From Obrimoposthia wandeli (Eukaryota), in assembly GCA_977020255.1 (NCBI GenBank), contig CDROCS010002422.1, positions 62,001-126,000 on the forward strand: a stretch of 64,000 nucleotides of DNA, in the 5' to 3' direction. Made by a program: the position numbers and the translations under genes. Each line of letters starts with the position of its first letter. The stretch's first letter is position 1. Of this stretch, positions 1 through 9,713 are shown in pieces. Under the pieces are notes generated by a model. That model was not told the origin of the DNA. It worked only from the letters and a program-made list of their open reading frames with translations, and ran no database searches.

Positions 1-2
1 TT

Positions 3-272
3 ATTGGTCTTGTCGATGTTCAAGAAAAAGTTAATCGGGTTGCCAAGCTTTATCACGCTGAATTTTCTAAGCTAGCCGACTCAAAAGTGACCATTGAATA
101 TAAAAAACTCAGCGTTGAAGATAAAGATACAACCGAGCGTAAAGGTTATTTGTATAGTCATTCAGCCAAAATTTTTGTCATTGACAAGAAAAGCCGAGTG
201 CGTGGTTTTTTCTATATGGGTACGCCGCTAGCAGACATGCGAGATCAAGTGATCGAATTATTAAATAATTAA
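3..272 (+). CDS. SCO/SenC family copper protein, C-terminal part (5' truncated by window)
   Basis: Frame is open from the window edge; ends ...YLYSHSAKIFVIDKKSRVRGFF, the typical SCO C-terminal H-S-x-x-I-F-L-I-D motif; next gene is a PCu(A)C chaperone. Confidence 0.75.
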   Translation: MGLVDVQEKVNRVAKLYHAEFSKLADSKVTIEYKKLSVEDKDTTERKGYLYSHSAKIFVIDKKSRVRGFFYMGTPLADMRDQVIELLNN

Positions 273-414
273 AGGGCAAGCCCTCTCGCATAGCGAGACT
301 TCACTTCGTGAAGCGGGGTATTTCTAGTTATTTTGGGTTCTAATAAGTTCACGCCTTAAGGGCCGTGGTATTTACCTTTGATGAGTTAGGTTATGCCTAA
401 TTCATCTCTATTAA
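273..414. repeat. Dispersed multi-hairpin intergenic element (relative of the 17.8-18.4 kb array unit)
   Basis: Hairpins agggc-aa-gccct, ctcgc-ata-gcgag, cttcac-ttc-gtgaag; aligns with 17831-17937 (cttcacttYgtgaagcggggtat ... gcctaattcatct). Confidence 0.85.
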
Positions 415-430
415 AATTTTGGAGAAATAC

Positions 431-853
431 ATGCGTAGATTGTCAATACTCACCGCGTTAATCGCTTTTACTTTATTCTCTCAGTTTTCTGTCGCTGCGA
501 CTATTAAGATCGACAATGCGTGGATAAGAGCCATGCCGCCAACTTCAAGGGTAATTCCCATTTATTTGACCATAAACAATCCCACTGACAAAAGTGTTGG
601 TTTAATATCAATATCTAGCACTAGAGGCTCTGTCGTCATTCATCAGACAATTATGCAAAATGACATGATGAAAATGGAACCCGTTGCCTCAGTACCTGTA
701 GCAGCTAAAGGAGTGGCAAAGTTAGAGCCGGCGGGTTACCACGGTATGATGAGTAATTTCACCGATGGAGTTCCTGCAAAAGGTGAAAATGTTCCTTTAG
801 TATTACTGTTTAATAATGGCAAAGAAATAACCGTAATGGCCGAGGTAAAATAA
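431..853 (+). CDS. Copper chaperone PCu(A)C
   Basis: Signal peptide, then IDNAWIRAMPP, YLTINN, H-x-T...M-x-M, LEPAGYHGMM; ATG 431 follows a GGAGA RBS (ORF track starts at 419). Confidence 0.9.
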   Translation: MRRLSILTALIAFTLFSQFSVAATIKIDNAWIRAMPPTSRVIPIYLTINNPTDKSVGLISISSTRGSVVIHQTIMQNDMMKMEPVASVPVAAKGVAKLEPAGYHGMMSNFTDGVPAKGENVPLVLLFNNGKEITVMAEVK

Positions 854-967
854 ACATCGGCAGTGGATAGCACGGCTATTTCATTAAAAATTGATCTGGC
901 GAGGTATTATTCTTGTTTCATTTGCAGTAACTTTTAGGACTGGAAAAACTCGGTTATTATTAATCCT

Positions 968-1672
968 ATGATTCGTGACACATGTATCAGGCAATTAGTC
1001 TATAAGCATCATCTATTCTCAAATTTAGCGGATGCTGAGCGTGAAAAGCTTATGGAGTTCGCTGTCAGGTTACAGCTAAATCCACAGCAAAATTTATTTT
1101 TTCAAGGGGATCCAGCCAAACGTTTTTATTTACTGTTACACGGAAATTTACAGCTTTATCGCTCAAGCCCACAAGGGCAAAATAAAGTAATCGAAGTAGT
1201 TCGCGATGGGAAAATTTTTGCTGAAGCTCTCATGTTTGATAAAAAGTCAATATACCCGGTGTCCGCTCAAGCTGTTTCCCAGTGCCAGCTAGTGAGTCTC
1301 GACAGTGAAAGCTATCGAGATTTGCTGCTGCACAATAATGCGGCCTGCATGGCGGTGATGTCTAACATGACCGTTAGACTGCGCAGGCATATCAATGAAA
1401 TCGAATTATTATCATTGCAAAATGCCCAGTCTCGACTGTTGCTGTTTTTGATGCAACACATGCAATCCACCTCAAAGAACCAAGGGCAAGTCTCGTTAGA
1501 TATTCCTAAACGACTACTAGCTTCACTGCTCTCTATTCAACCTGAGACTTTTTCTCGCTTGATGAAAAAAATGATAGCCAGCGATTTAATCTATGAACAA
1601 GGGCACGATATCATCATTAAGGACGTGAACAAGCTGTATGAAAGTGTTGAGCTTCTATTCGAACCTCAATAG
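968..1672 (+). CDS. Crp/Fnr family regulator, DNR/NnrR-like
   Basis: cNMP-binding fold (FFQGDPA, FAEALMF, YPVSAQA) plus HTH (LASLLSIQPETFSR); no N-terminal FNR cysteine cluster. Confidence 0.85.
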   Translation: MIRDTCIRQLVYKHHLFSNLADAEREKLMEFAVRLQLNPQQNLFFQGDPAKRFYLLLHGNLQLYRSSPQGQNKVIEVVRDGKIFAEALMFDKKSIYPVSAQAVSQCQLVSLDSESYRDLLLHNNAACMAVMSNMTVRLRRHINEIELLSLQNAQSRLLLFLMQHMQSTSKNQGQVSLDIPKRLLASLLSIQPETFSRLMKKMIASDLIYEQGHDIIIKDVNKLYESVELLFEPQ

Positions 1673-1743
1673 AAAAAGCACGGTGTTAGAGCTCAATCTT
1701 GGATATTTATATATTGACTTGAAAAAGCGATACCTCACAATAT

Positions 1744-2634
1744 TCATTCCATTTTATCAACAACGAAATCAAGCAGTTTTTTTACAACAGGGTCGTTTTC
1801 TCGCTTGTTAGCGTAAACGGCATACAATTTTGCCTTTTCAATTTCATAGTTTGTAAATAGTTGAACTAATTCACCAGAATCAAGTTCATCCTGTACAATG
1901 AACTTGGGGATTCTAGCGATTCCCTGCCCTGATTTAAGCGGCTCTTTCAATAAAGTACTGGTTGCAACAGTGAATCGCCCTCCCGCAAAGAATTCTTTAA
2001 TTTCACCGTTGATGAAAAACTTCCACTGCTTTTTTCCTGAATAATATTTGTAATGTAAACAATTAAAATGGCAAAGTTCTTCTGGATGCTTAGGTAGGCC
2101 CTTCTCAGCTAAATAAATGGGTGAAGACACAATGACAACGTCATAACTCGTTATTAGTTTGGCATAAACATTGTGATCTTGAGGAGGGAACCAAGACAAT
2201 ACAAAATCGTAAGGATCAGTGACAGGGTTCAGCGTTTGCTCTGCCATGTCTAACTCTATGTCAATTTCAGGATTTTCTTGGCTAAAGGCATGGAGTAAAG
2301 GCGACAATATCAACGTCGCTATCGCGGCTGGGGCAACAACGTTAAGATGCCCTTTGGTACTAATTTTAAATTCATCTAATTTACTCTCCAATTCATCAAT
2401 AGATTCGACCAATTGCTGAGCGTATTTGGACACCAATATACCTGCGTTAGTAAACTTTACCCCTCTAGGACTTCTCACTAATAGTGATACGCCATAATGC
2501 TCTTCGAGCTTAGCAACAGAGCGACTCACTGAAGCTTTGGTGATACCAAGTATTTCTGCCGAGCCAATAAAGCTAGATGTAGATGAGAACTGCGCGAAGA
2601 TAATAAGATCATTTGCAATTTTTTTAGGTGACAT
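1744..2634 (-). CDS. LysR family transcriptional regulator
   Basis: N-terminal HTH (SFIGSAEILGITKASVSRSVAKLEEHYGVSLL) and LysR substrate-binding domain; divergent from the MFS gene. Confidence 0.92.
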   Translation of the reverse strand: MSPKKIANDLIIFAQFSSTSSFIGSAEILGITKASVSRSVAKLEEHYGVSLLVRSPRGVKFTNAGILVSKYAQQLVESIDELESKLDEFKISTKGHLNVVAPAAIATLILSPLLHAFSQENPEIDIELDMAEQTLNPVTDPYDFVLSWFPPQDHNVYAKLITSYDVVIVSSPIYLAEKGLPKHPEELCHFNCLHYKYYSGKKQWKFFINGEIKEFFAGGRFTVATSTLLKEPLKSGQGIARIPKFIVQDELDSGELVQLFTNYEIEKAKLYAVYANKRENDPVVKKLLDFVVDKME

Positions 2635-2712
2635 TATGTTTCCAGTTTGATGCTTCTCTATGTGTGGAATGTCACCAATAATACACTCTTTGACTAAGGA
2701 GTATTATTCGAA

Positions 2713-3906
2713 GTGAAAACTTTTAAGTTTTTATTAACATCAGAATTAGGGCAAACATTTTCGACTGTTTTGCTTGCATCTCTGATACCCGTTTTACTAG
2801 CTAAATTGGACAAAACAGGGAATTTATTATCAATATCGTCTATAACATCAAACTTGTTAACTATCTTTCTATTGCCTTACTTCATTAACAAAACAGAATA
2901 CATACCTCCTATTAACTATATGTTAATTATAAGGTTTTTAATATTATTAAGTTGCTGTATTCTCATGTTTTTTCAATCAACTTTATTGTTAGTCTGTCTT
3001 CATGCGTTGGTAATTTTACTGATAAGTTTGCAACATTCAATTCGAAGTCATCTTTTAGTAAAGTTTGCAGGTGGGGTTAAACCTAGCAATTTATTTAGGT
3101 TTGAAGTAGGTGAAAGTGTTGTTATTTTATTAGCCGCATTTGCCTTGTTTCTGGTAGGCGATATGACTTATTCTGCGGTTCGTCAAGTGCTAGGCTGGAA
3201 CATAATTTTAATCACAGCAATGTTAATAGTTCTATTTATAAAAACCAGAACACGTTCTTTTAGCCTTACATTCATTGATGTTGCTATAGATAGAGGCATC
3301 GATACAAGCATCGCTAAAAGTACTTTATATATAAAAAAAGCACCTTTATCTATAACCACCAAACTCGAATTGGCTCGATCAAACGTAGCTTTTCTTTTTC
3401 AACGTTTGCTGTGGTTTATTGCACCTCTTTGGTTTGTACATAATGAAAGAGCTTATGATTTTTTTGAATGGCTTCTTCTTTCTGGCTTAGGCACATTATC
3501 AGCTGCTATATTGCTTAGATATAGTGTTTCATCTAAAAAATATTATTACTCACTGTTTAGATATTGCAATATATTGATTGTTATATCCTTGATAATAATG
3601 TTCTTTCATACCAATTATTTTACCATTTGTTTAGCAGGGATCGTGGCTAACCTTTCTTCCCCTATTCATCGCTCTTATTCTCGAGTTTTGGCTGAAAACA
3701 AAAAAAATCAGCAAGATCCTTAGTCAAAACTTTTAGGGCACGGGATCTTAACTGTTAGGATTATACATTTAGCATTAATGATTATTTTTCCATTCGTACT
3801 ATCCGATAAAAATTTTGGATGGCCAATAGCTCTTTCATTCATAGCAATTTTAACCTTAATTAATGCTAATAACATTCACACTAAATACAAGAGTATCTTT
3901 CAATGA
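2713..3906 (+). pseudogene. MFS-like transporter interrupted by an in-frame TAG at 3721-3723
   Basis: Polytopic membrane ORF; after the TAG the same frame stays open for 60 more codons (SKLLGHGILTVRIIHLALMIIFPF...GWPIALSFIAILTLIN) and ends at a TGA that overlaps the ATG of the next gene. Confidence 0.75.
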
Positions 3907-4301
3907 TAATACTAGACCACATAGTTCTAAATACCGACGATGTTGCCAGGTCAGCAGATTTTTACAAAAAGCTATTAAATATCGAACTTGAGAATTGGCA
4001 GGAATATATAGATAACAAAGTTAAATTTCCTAGTTTAAGAATTTCAAAAACATTCATTATTGACCTATTCCCTCCTACAATGTGGAATAACAACGGTAAT
4101 ACAAAAGGTGAAAATAACCTCAATCACTTCTGTTTAGCTGTAGATGCAGATCAATGGCTGAGAATCTTTAACTATGTCAAACAGCATGAAATAAAGATCC
4201 TTAAAGGACCTGATGTCTATTTTGGCGCACAAGGTGATGGCACCTCTATTTTTATTAAAGATCCTGATGGAAATGTGCTGGAAATCAGGAAATATAGTTA
4301 A
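3903..4301 (+). CDS. VOC/glyoxalase family protein
   Basis: LDHIVL...NHFCL...FIKDPDGNVLEI motifs. Confidence 0.92.
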   Translation: MIILDHIVLNTDDVARSADFYKKLLNIELENWQEYIDNKVKFPSLRISKTFIIDLFPPTMWNNNGNTKGENNLNHFCLAVDADQWLRIFNYVKQHEIKILKGPDVYFGAQGDGTSIFIKDPDGNVLEIRKYS

Positions 4302-4305
4302 AAGT

Positions 4306-4379
4306 ATAGGTACACGAGCTTTTATCGCCATAGGCGCACCTTTTACACTTCGATTTATTGGCTGTTGATGGTCACTAAT
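4306..4379. repeat. 74 bp dispersed direct repeat, copy 1
   Basis: About 85% identical to 6338-6411. Confidence 0.85.
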
Positions 4380-4484
4380 ACTTTATTTTATTGACCTGTA
4401 CTCAGATGTCTCTGGTGTGCTTACCATGTTAGCGCGAATGGAATTTTACTCAACATAAGCCATACAACTATGGATTTTTCTACT

Positions 4485-4523
4485 GGCTACTAGCTCAAAC
4501 GACAAATATCTGAGCTAGTAGCC
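4485..4523. terminator. Perfect 13 bp stem hairpin between convergent genes
   Basis: ggctactagctca-N13-tgagctagtagcc. Confidence 0.6.
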
Positions 4524-4542
4524 TGTCAGAATTGGATACGAA

Positions 4543-4824
4543 CTATTTATAAAAACAAAGATAAGCAGTAGGTTCTTTAACGATCACCGCGAATTCTGAA
4601 TTAGCAGCAACTTCAAATTCAGTACCGCTTTTATATTCAATATAGCTCGCTTGCCCTACTTGCTTAATCTGCAACGCTCCACTCATTACCTGCATCAATT
4701 CTTGCTGCTGTGTGGAAAATACATATTCACCAATGTCCATCACACCTGTCGACACTTTCCCCTCACTGTTAGTAAAACCGATTGATTTTACTTTGCCATC
4801 AAAATACTCATTTACTACGATCAT
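4543..4824 (-). CDS. ppnP: Pyrimidine/purine nucleoside phosphorylase
   Basis: VNEYFDGKVKSIGF...GVM..GEYVFST...TAYLCFY matches the PpnP/YaiE family. Confidence 0.93.
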   Translation of the reverse strand: MIVVNEYFDGKVKSIGFTNSEGKVSTGVMDIGEYVFSTQQQELMQVMSGALQIKQVGQASYIEYKSGTEFEVAANSEFAVIVKEPTAYLCFYK

Positions 4825-5210
4825 TAGTGTTACCTGCAAATTTTAAAAACGGCATTATATAAACAATTTTAGTAATTTTCTGAATTAGTTAATTTTCACC
4901 CATAAACGAGGCCGTAACGAGCATTTCAATGATGTATAAATTTTAAAAGTGACCGTTATTTACCTTTATTCAATTAAATACAAAGGGTTGTGATTACTTC
5001 TGGTTAGACTAGTGTTATTAGGAATTGCGTCTTTTAAAGGGATATTTGCCGATACGGATTTAGAATGTCCCCCTAAATCAGCCGGGCAGGAATGTCACAA
5101 AAATAATAATAAGGTAGCCAGTAACAGATGACCATCTGTCACATGATGATGGTATGGATGAGTACCCTTTTTTTCAGTCTATTTATGCGGGTAAGTAAGC
5201 CATAGGGTTA

Positions 5211-6116
5211 TTACGCCAACTTCAACTTCATCATGCTTTCATTGCTTTTACTGACAATAAGAGGAATTGTGTTTATCAGGTCATCGGTATCTAAAGTGAA
5301 TTCCACGTTTACTTTTGAAATGCAATTATTCTGAATTTCATCTAATAATTGTTGATGATCGAAATCTTGCCAATGAGCATTTTTTTCTATAATAATACTC
5401 ATAAAATCAGACACTTGAATTATATTTAGTAAGTTTTTAAAGTTATCATAAGATTTACATAACTCTACTTTATCATAATTATGATGCTGCTTAATTACTT
5501 GCGTAATCACGGCAGGGAGCTCCCATCGCTTCGAGGCTAAACACCCTACTTCGGCATGATTAAAACCAAAAAAAAGACTTTCGGTATCTGATAACTCTAG
5601 AGGTGTGTCCCAGCTTTTTGAATTGACAAACTCAATTGATTTACTCGCCACATTGAGTAGTACAAACCTTCCAATATCATGCAGGAGACCGCAAGTATAC
5701 GCTAGGCTGGGTTCGACTCCCAATGCAGGATTTACCTTTGCTATATGTTCAGAGAAGTTAGCGGTTTCAATAGAGTGCCTCCATAAATTTCTTTGTTCTA
5801 GTGTTCTAGGGGTGAACACTTTCATTACTGAGGATGTAGTGACATAGGATAGAATTTCATCTGCTCCAATTCTGATAATTGCTTGGCTAATATCTGTAAT
5901 TGGCACCTTAAGAGAAGATTGAGAAGAGTTTACTATCTGTAATACCCGAACCGCTAAGGCGGGTTCGTTTTTCGAAATAGATTCAATTGTCTCAAAGAAT
6001 TTATTCGAACTAGAATCTAATAGCATTAAATCACAAATAACGGAGGGTAAAAGTGGGAGGTTACCAATTCTTTTAGATATATTAGGTAAACTTAACTCGT
6101 TACTATTTGTCGCCAT
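5211..6116 (-). CDS. HDOD domain protein
   Basis: LPLLPSV, EPALAVRVLQIVNS, LWRHS, AYTCGLLHDIGR, HAEVG...W.LP..I...I..HH. Confidence 0.93.
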   Translation of the reverse strand: MATNSNELSLPNISKRIGNLPLLPSVICDLMLLDSSSNKFFETIESISKNEPALAVRVLQIVNSSQSSLKVPITDISQAIIRIGADEILSYVTTSSVMKVFTPRTLEQRNLWRHSIETANFSEHIAKVNPALGVEPSLAYTCGLLHDIGRFVLLNVASKSIEFVNSKSWDTPLELSDTESLFFGFNHAEVGCLASKRWELPAVITQVIKQHHNYDKVELCKSYDNFKNLLNIIQVSDFMSIIIEKNAHWQDFDHQQLLDEIQNNCISKVNVEFTLDTDDLINTIPLIVSKSNESMMKLKLA

Positions 6117-6337
6117 TGTGACTCCGAAATTAAATAGTCGTAAAAAATGCTACCACAGATAAATACAGATTCTAATGGTGAATCCGTATCACCTCTCCAA
6201 TTCCGCAGTATTCAATATGACAGTATAAAGCAACTTCAACAAGTTGTTTTCATTAGAAAGTGCACCTCTTGGACAGTACTTTTTGTATAAGTACCCCCTG
6301 TTCTTTGAGATAATAGCCTTGTGATAGGAAGTTCTTA

Positions 6338-6411
6338 ATAGGTACCCGAGCTTTTATCGACATAGGCATACCTTTTACACTTTGATTTTGTGACTGTTGA
6401 TGGTTACTAAT
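6338..6411. repeat. 74 bp dispersed direct repeat, copy 2
   Basis: Matches 4306-4379. Confidence 0.85.
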
Positions 6412-6546
6412 TAACCCCATAGCCAATAAAAAAACATAACACACTACTTTATAATAAAATAATTATAAACTGTGCATTGTAGAAATCAGTTCACCCCTAA
6501 CTCTATTGATTCAATAAGATAATTAAATATTACCCGTTTATATTCA

Positions 6547-6809
6547 GGAAGTAGCGAATAACTCCCCAGGTGTTCCCTGTGGATAACTAAGCGGTTAAAT
6601 GCGCGGAAGAACGTGCAGTGAATGTCCAGTCCTTTACAAATATTCTGACAAAGGAGTTGGCCGCTTAAAGACTTACCCTACGGGGCGTGCAGGATTATTC
6701 GTGCTCTTTGTTAATAATTTTCGCCGTGCAACCAGCCCGCCTGCAACCATTACCTCAATCACAAACAATCCTCTGCGCCAGTGGCGCCTGGGACTTGTTC
6801 GCTACTTCC
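6547..6809. mobile_element. IS5-family non-autonomous element (MITE), 263 bp
   Basis: Terminal inverted repeats GGAAGTAGCGAATAACTCCCCAGG and GGAAGTAGCGAACAAGTCCCAGG closely resemble IS5 ends (GGAAGGTGCGAA[T/C]AAG); flanks TTCA/TTAA resemble a YTAR target duplication; no transposase inside. Confidence 0.8.
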
Positions 6810-6822
6810 TTAAGTGAGTTTG

Positions 6823-8799
6823 TCATAGCACTGATCGCCGATTAAATTTAGCTTTCAAGAGCAATATCACAAAATACCCACCGCCTAAAGCGGCCGCTAA
6901 AGTCCCAGCGGCAACCTGGCTAGGATATAAAATATTGCGCCCTAACCAATCTGCAAGCACTAAGACGGCAGCGCCTAGCAAGGAAGAAACCAGTAGCTGA
7001 TTTTTAACCTGATTAGCACCTAATAACGCGGCTATATGTGGCGCTAATAAGCCAATAAAGGCGATAGGCCCTAAATAAGCCGTTACGATTGCACAACTAA
7101 AAGCCACTAATAGAAGCAGTAAGTTTGTACTTAGCTTCACGTTCAAACCTCGTGCACTCGCTACATCGGCATCTAAATTAAGTAGTGTTAACGTACGAGA
7201 GTTCAACACCGCGACTGTCAATATTAAAATGCTGGCGCCCAATAATATTAGGCTTTGTTGATATTTAACATGGTAAGTACTACCCGCCAACCATGACAAA
7301 ATACTGTAAACATCCTGACTACCTTTTGCCAGTATGAACTGTACTAGTGCTTCAACCATCGCTGTTAGCGAGATACCTAACAGTAAAATACTGCCACCAG
7401 AGAGCGCTTTAGCTCTAGTTAGTAATACTAGTATAAACAACATAACACCACTGCCTGATAATGCTACAAATGGGTTTAGCTCAACCAGCGATTGGCCTGT
7501 AAGCAAAGTACTCAACACAATAGCAGCACTGGCTCCTGCTGAAACACCCAGTAAGTCAGGGCTTGCCAAGGGATTATTGATCAGTCGCTGCAGTACTGTG
7601 CCCGCCACCGCCATACAAATACCTGCTGCAAAAGAGATGGCAATACGCGGTGCACGAAGACTAAAATCAAATTCACTGGGTATATTCCAACGCCAGCTTT
7701 GTCCGTCATTATTGAGTAGCATTGCAACAACCACACTGCACAACGCAACGCCAATGACGACTATTCCTTTGCGACGAGTGAAAGTAGCTAAATTAGCAAG
7801 TTGTGGCATAACCATTGGATCTTCAGCGCGCGAACTTCGCAGCGCTAAATAAATTAAAATAGGCGCACCAACAATCGCAGTAGCGGTCCCAGAGGGGATA
7901 ACATCGATGGTTATGCTACTGACAAATCTAGCAATAAAGTCCGCAAGTAATAATATTAAAGCACCTAATAAGGTTGAGTAATACAACTCATCTCTTGCGC
8001 TATTCGCACCGATAAAACGTGCGATATTAGGTGCAATTAACCCTATAAAGCTGATGATACCGACAGCCGTGATAGTCGCCGACATTAACCAAATAGCCGC
8101 TGAAAATAAGATAATCAGTATGGGAGTAGTTGCTAGGCCCAGTGACTTAGCGGCATGCTGCCCTACCCTTAATAACTGTAAAATCCTGGGAGCGAATACT
8201 AAGATAGCAATAGCTATTAGCAGTTTAGGTGCCAACCATTGCATCCACTGCCAGTCATTTTGCGCTAAATCCCCTGCTCCCCAAATAAATAAGTTCTTAG
8301 CGAACTGATCACGTAAAATAATAATCGCGCTAGTGATGGCGCCTAATAAAATATTAACTGCCATGCCAGCAAGTATCACGCGCAGTCCCGCGAGTTCCCT
8401 AGACCCTGCAATCAATAATACTAAGCTCATTGCCAATATGGAACCGAGCATGACTGCCAGTGCAGTTAAATCCGGTGCTAAACCTGGTGCCACTACACTG
8501 ACGATAATTAATGCTAACCATGCCCCAGCACTGGTGCCTAAGGTTAATGGTGAGAGCAACGGGTTACGCGTAATTTGTTGCAATAAACTACCGACTAAAC
8601 CCAGTACAGCTCCCACCATCAATGCCATCGCAAGCCTGGGCAATGTGGCAAAATAATAGACAAACTCCGGGAACAGCTCTGGTGTTTTTCCGTTTAGTAA
8701 TTGCCACTGCAAGCTACTCGAAATAGCAGCGTTATATGACAGGTATAACCCGCTAAAGACAATCAGTACAAAAACAGTAAGACTATAGCGAACTATCAT
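6823..8799 (-). CDS. fhuB: Fe3+-hydroxamate ABC transporter permease
   Basis: Two fused FecCD halves (RNPLLSPLTLG, NNPLASPDLLGV), 658 aa. Confidence 0.93.
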   Translation of the reverse strand: MIVRYSLTVFVLIVFSGLYLSYNAAISSSLQWQLLNGKTPELFPEFVYYFATLPRLAMALMVGAVLGLVGSLLQQITRNPLLSPLTLGTSAGAWLALIIVSVVAPGLAPDLTALAVMLGSILAMSLVLLIAGSRELAGLRVILAGMAVNILLGAITSAIIILRDQFAKNLFIWGAGDLAQNDWQWMQWLAPKLLIAIAILVFAPRILQLLRVGQHAAKSLGLATTPILIILFSAAIWLMSATITAVGIISFIGLIAPNIARFIGANSARDELYYSTLLGALILLLADFIARFVSSITIDVIPSGTATAIVGAPILIYLALRSSRAEDPMVMPQLANLATFTRRKGIVVIGVALCSVVVAMLLNNDGQSWRWNIPSEFDFSLRAPRIAISFAAGICMAVAGTVLQRLINNPLASPDLLGVSAGASAAIVLSTLLTGQSLVELNPFVALSGSGVMLFILVLLTRAKALSGGSILLLGISLTAMVEALVQFILAKGSQDVYSILSWLAGSTYHVKYQQSLILLGASILILTVAVLNSRTLTLLNLDADVASARGLNVKLSTNLLLLLVAFSCAIVTAYLGPIAFIGLLAPHIAALLGANQVKNQLLVSSLLGAAVLVLADWLGRNILYPSQVAAGTLAAALGGGYFVILLLKAKFNRRSVL

Positions 8800-9713
8800 T
8801 GCTCAGCCTCTGTGGCTAACGTCAATAAGCTAGCGGTCATTGCCTCCGCTAAATACTTTAATGACATTGCTCCACCGTAACTCCATGTCGGGGATACTGC
8901 TGCAACGCGATGATTGCGCACCACTGGCATTGCCTGCCACAACCTTGATGCTTGTAATTGTTGCCACTGAACAAAAGGTTCAAAATACAAAAGCGCACCG
9001 CTTTGAATTCGACTGAGCTCTAAGGTTCTTTTTTGTACCAGCCCCCATTGCGTTTTTTCTATATCAATAGCCGGCTTAATACCTAGCTGCTTAAGTGCAT
9101 ACTCACTCATTGAATTATTACCATAAACATACACTGATGCAGTATTGGCAAATCGTACACTAGATACAGCGGGTAACTTACCGTTAAAAGCGTGTTTGAG
9201 CTGTTTTTTGAGTTGATCAAAACGCTGCTGCATCGCCGTTAATTTTTGCTCAGCGAGTAGCTCTTTATTAAATAATTTAGCTAATACCCGAAAGGTGTTG
9301 ATCGCTTGCAAAGGGTTACTATGGTCCTTACTGTAGGTTTTGAAATTAAGCACTGGGGCTATTTTTTGCAAACGGTTCACTTGCTCAACTGAGAGATTGG
9401 CGACAATAATTACATCAGGTTTTAGCCGCGCCATCTTTTCTAAATTAGGCTCAGCTCTAGCACCTAAATCGACAATCTGATCGGGTAAAGCAGGCTTTAC
9501 TACCCACTCTTGATAACCCGCGGTGTCTGATATTGCCAGTAAAGGAGCCTCTAACTCTATTAATTGCTCTGCTATTGACCAAGTCAGTGCGACGGCTCTA
9601 ACGGGAGATTGTTTAAAATAATGCAAGCCTGCGCTGTCTTGTATCGTAATTTGTGCTGCACCCGTGCTAGATATCGAAATCATTGACAGTAATAACAAAA
9701 GCCGGATCAGCAT
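8796..9713 (-). CDS. fhuD: Iron-siderophore ABC substrate-binding protein
   Basis: LGARAEPNLEKM, WSYGGAMS; position in operon. Confidence 0.88.
   Translation of the reverse strand: MLIRLLLLLSMISISSTGAAQITIQDSAGLHYFKQSPVRAVALTWSIAEQLIELEAPLLAISDTAGYQEWVVKPALPDQIVDLGARAEPNLEKMARLKPDVIIVANLSVEQVNRLQKIAPVLNFKTYSKDHSNPLQAINTFRVLAKLFNKELLAEQKLTAMQQRFDQLKKQLKHAFNGKLPAVSSVRFANTASVYVYGNNSMSEYALKQLGIKPAIDIEKTQWGLVQKRTLELSRIQSGALLYFEPFVQWQQLQASRLWQAMPVVRNHRVAAVSPTWSYGGAMSLKYLAEAMTASLLTLATEAEQ

Noticed and set aside
3721-3723. Pyrrolysine or programmed amber recoding
   Set aside because: No pyl genes or downstream structure visible, and the host lineage is not known for it; a nonsense mutation or read error is simpler
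6599-6817. 72 aa ORF inside the MITE
   Set aside because: No transposase motifs; most likely a chance ORF in GC-richer element DNA
7334-8656. Plus-strand ORFs antisense to fhuB, and similar shadows over araC, the dpp genes, ALDH and the sugar genes
   Set aside because: Antisense shadows of well-supported genes, with no motifs of their own
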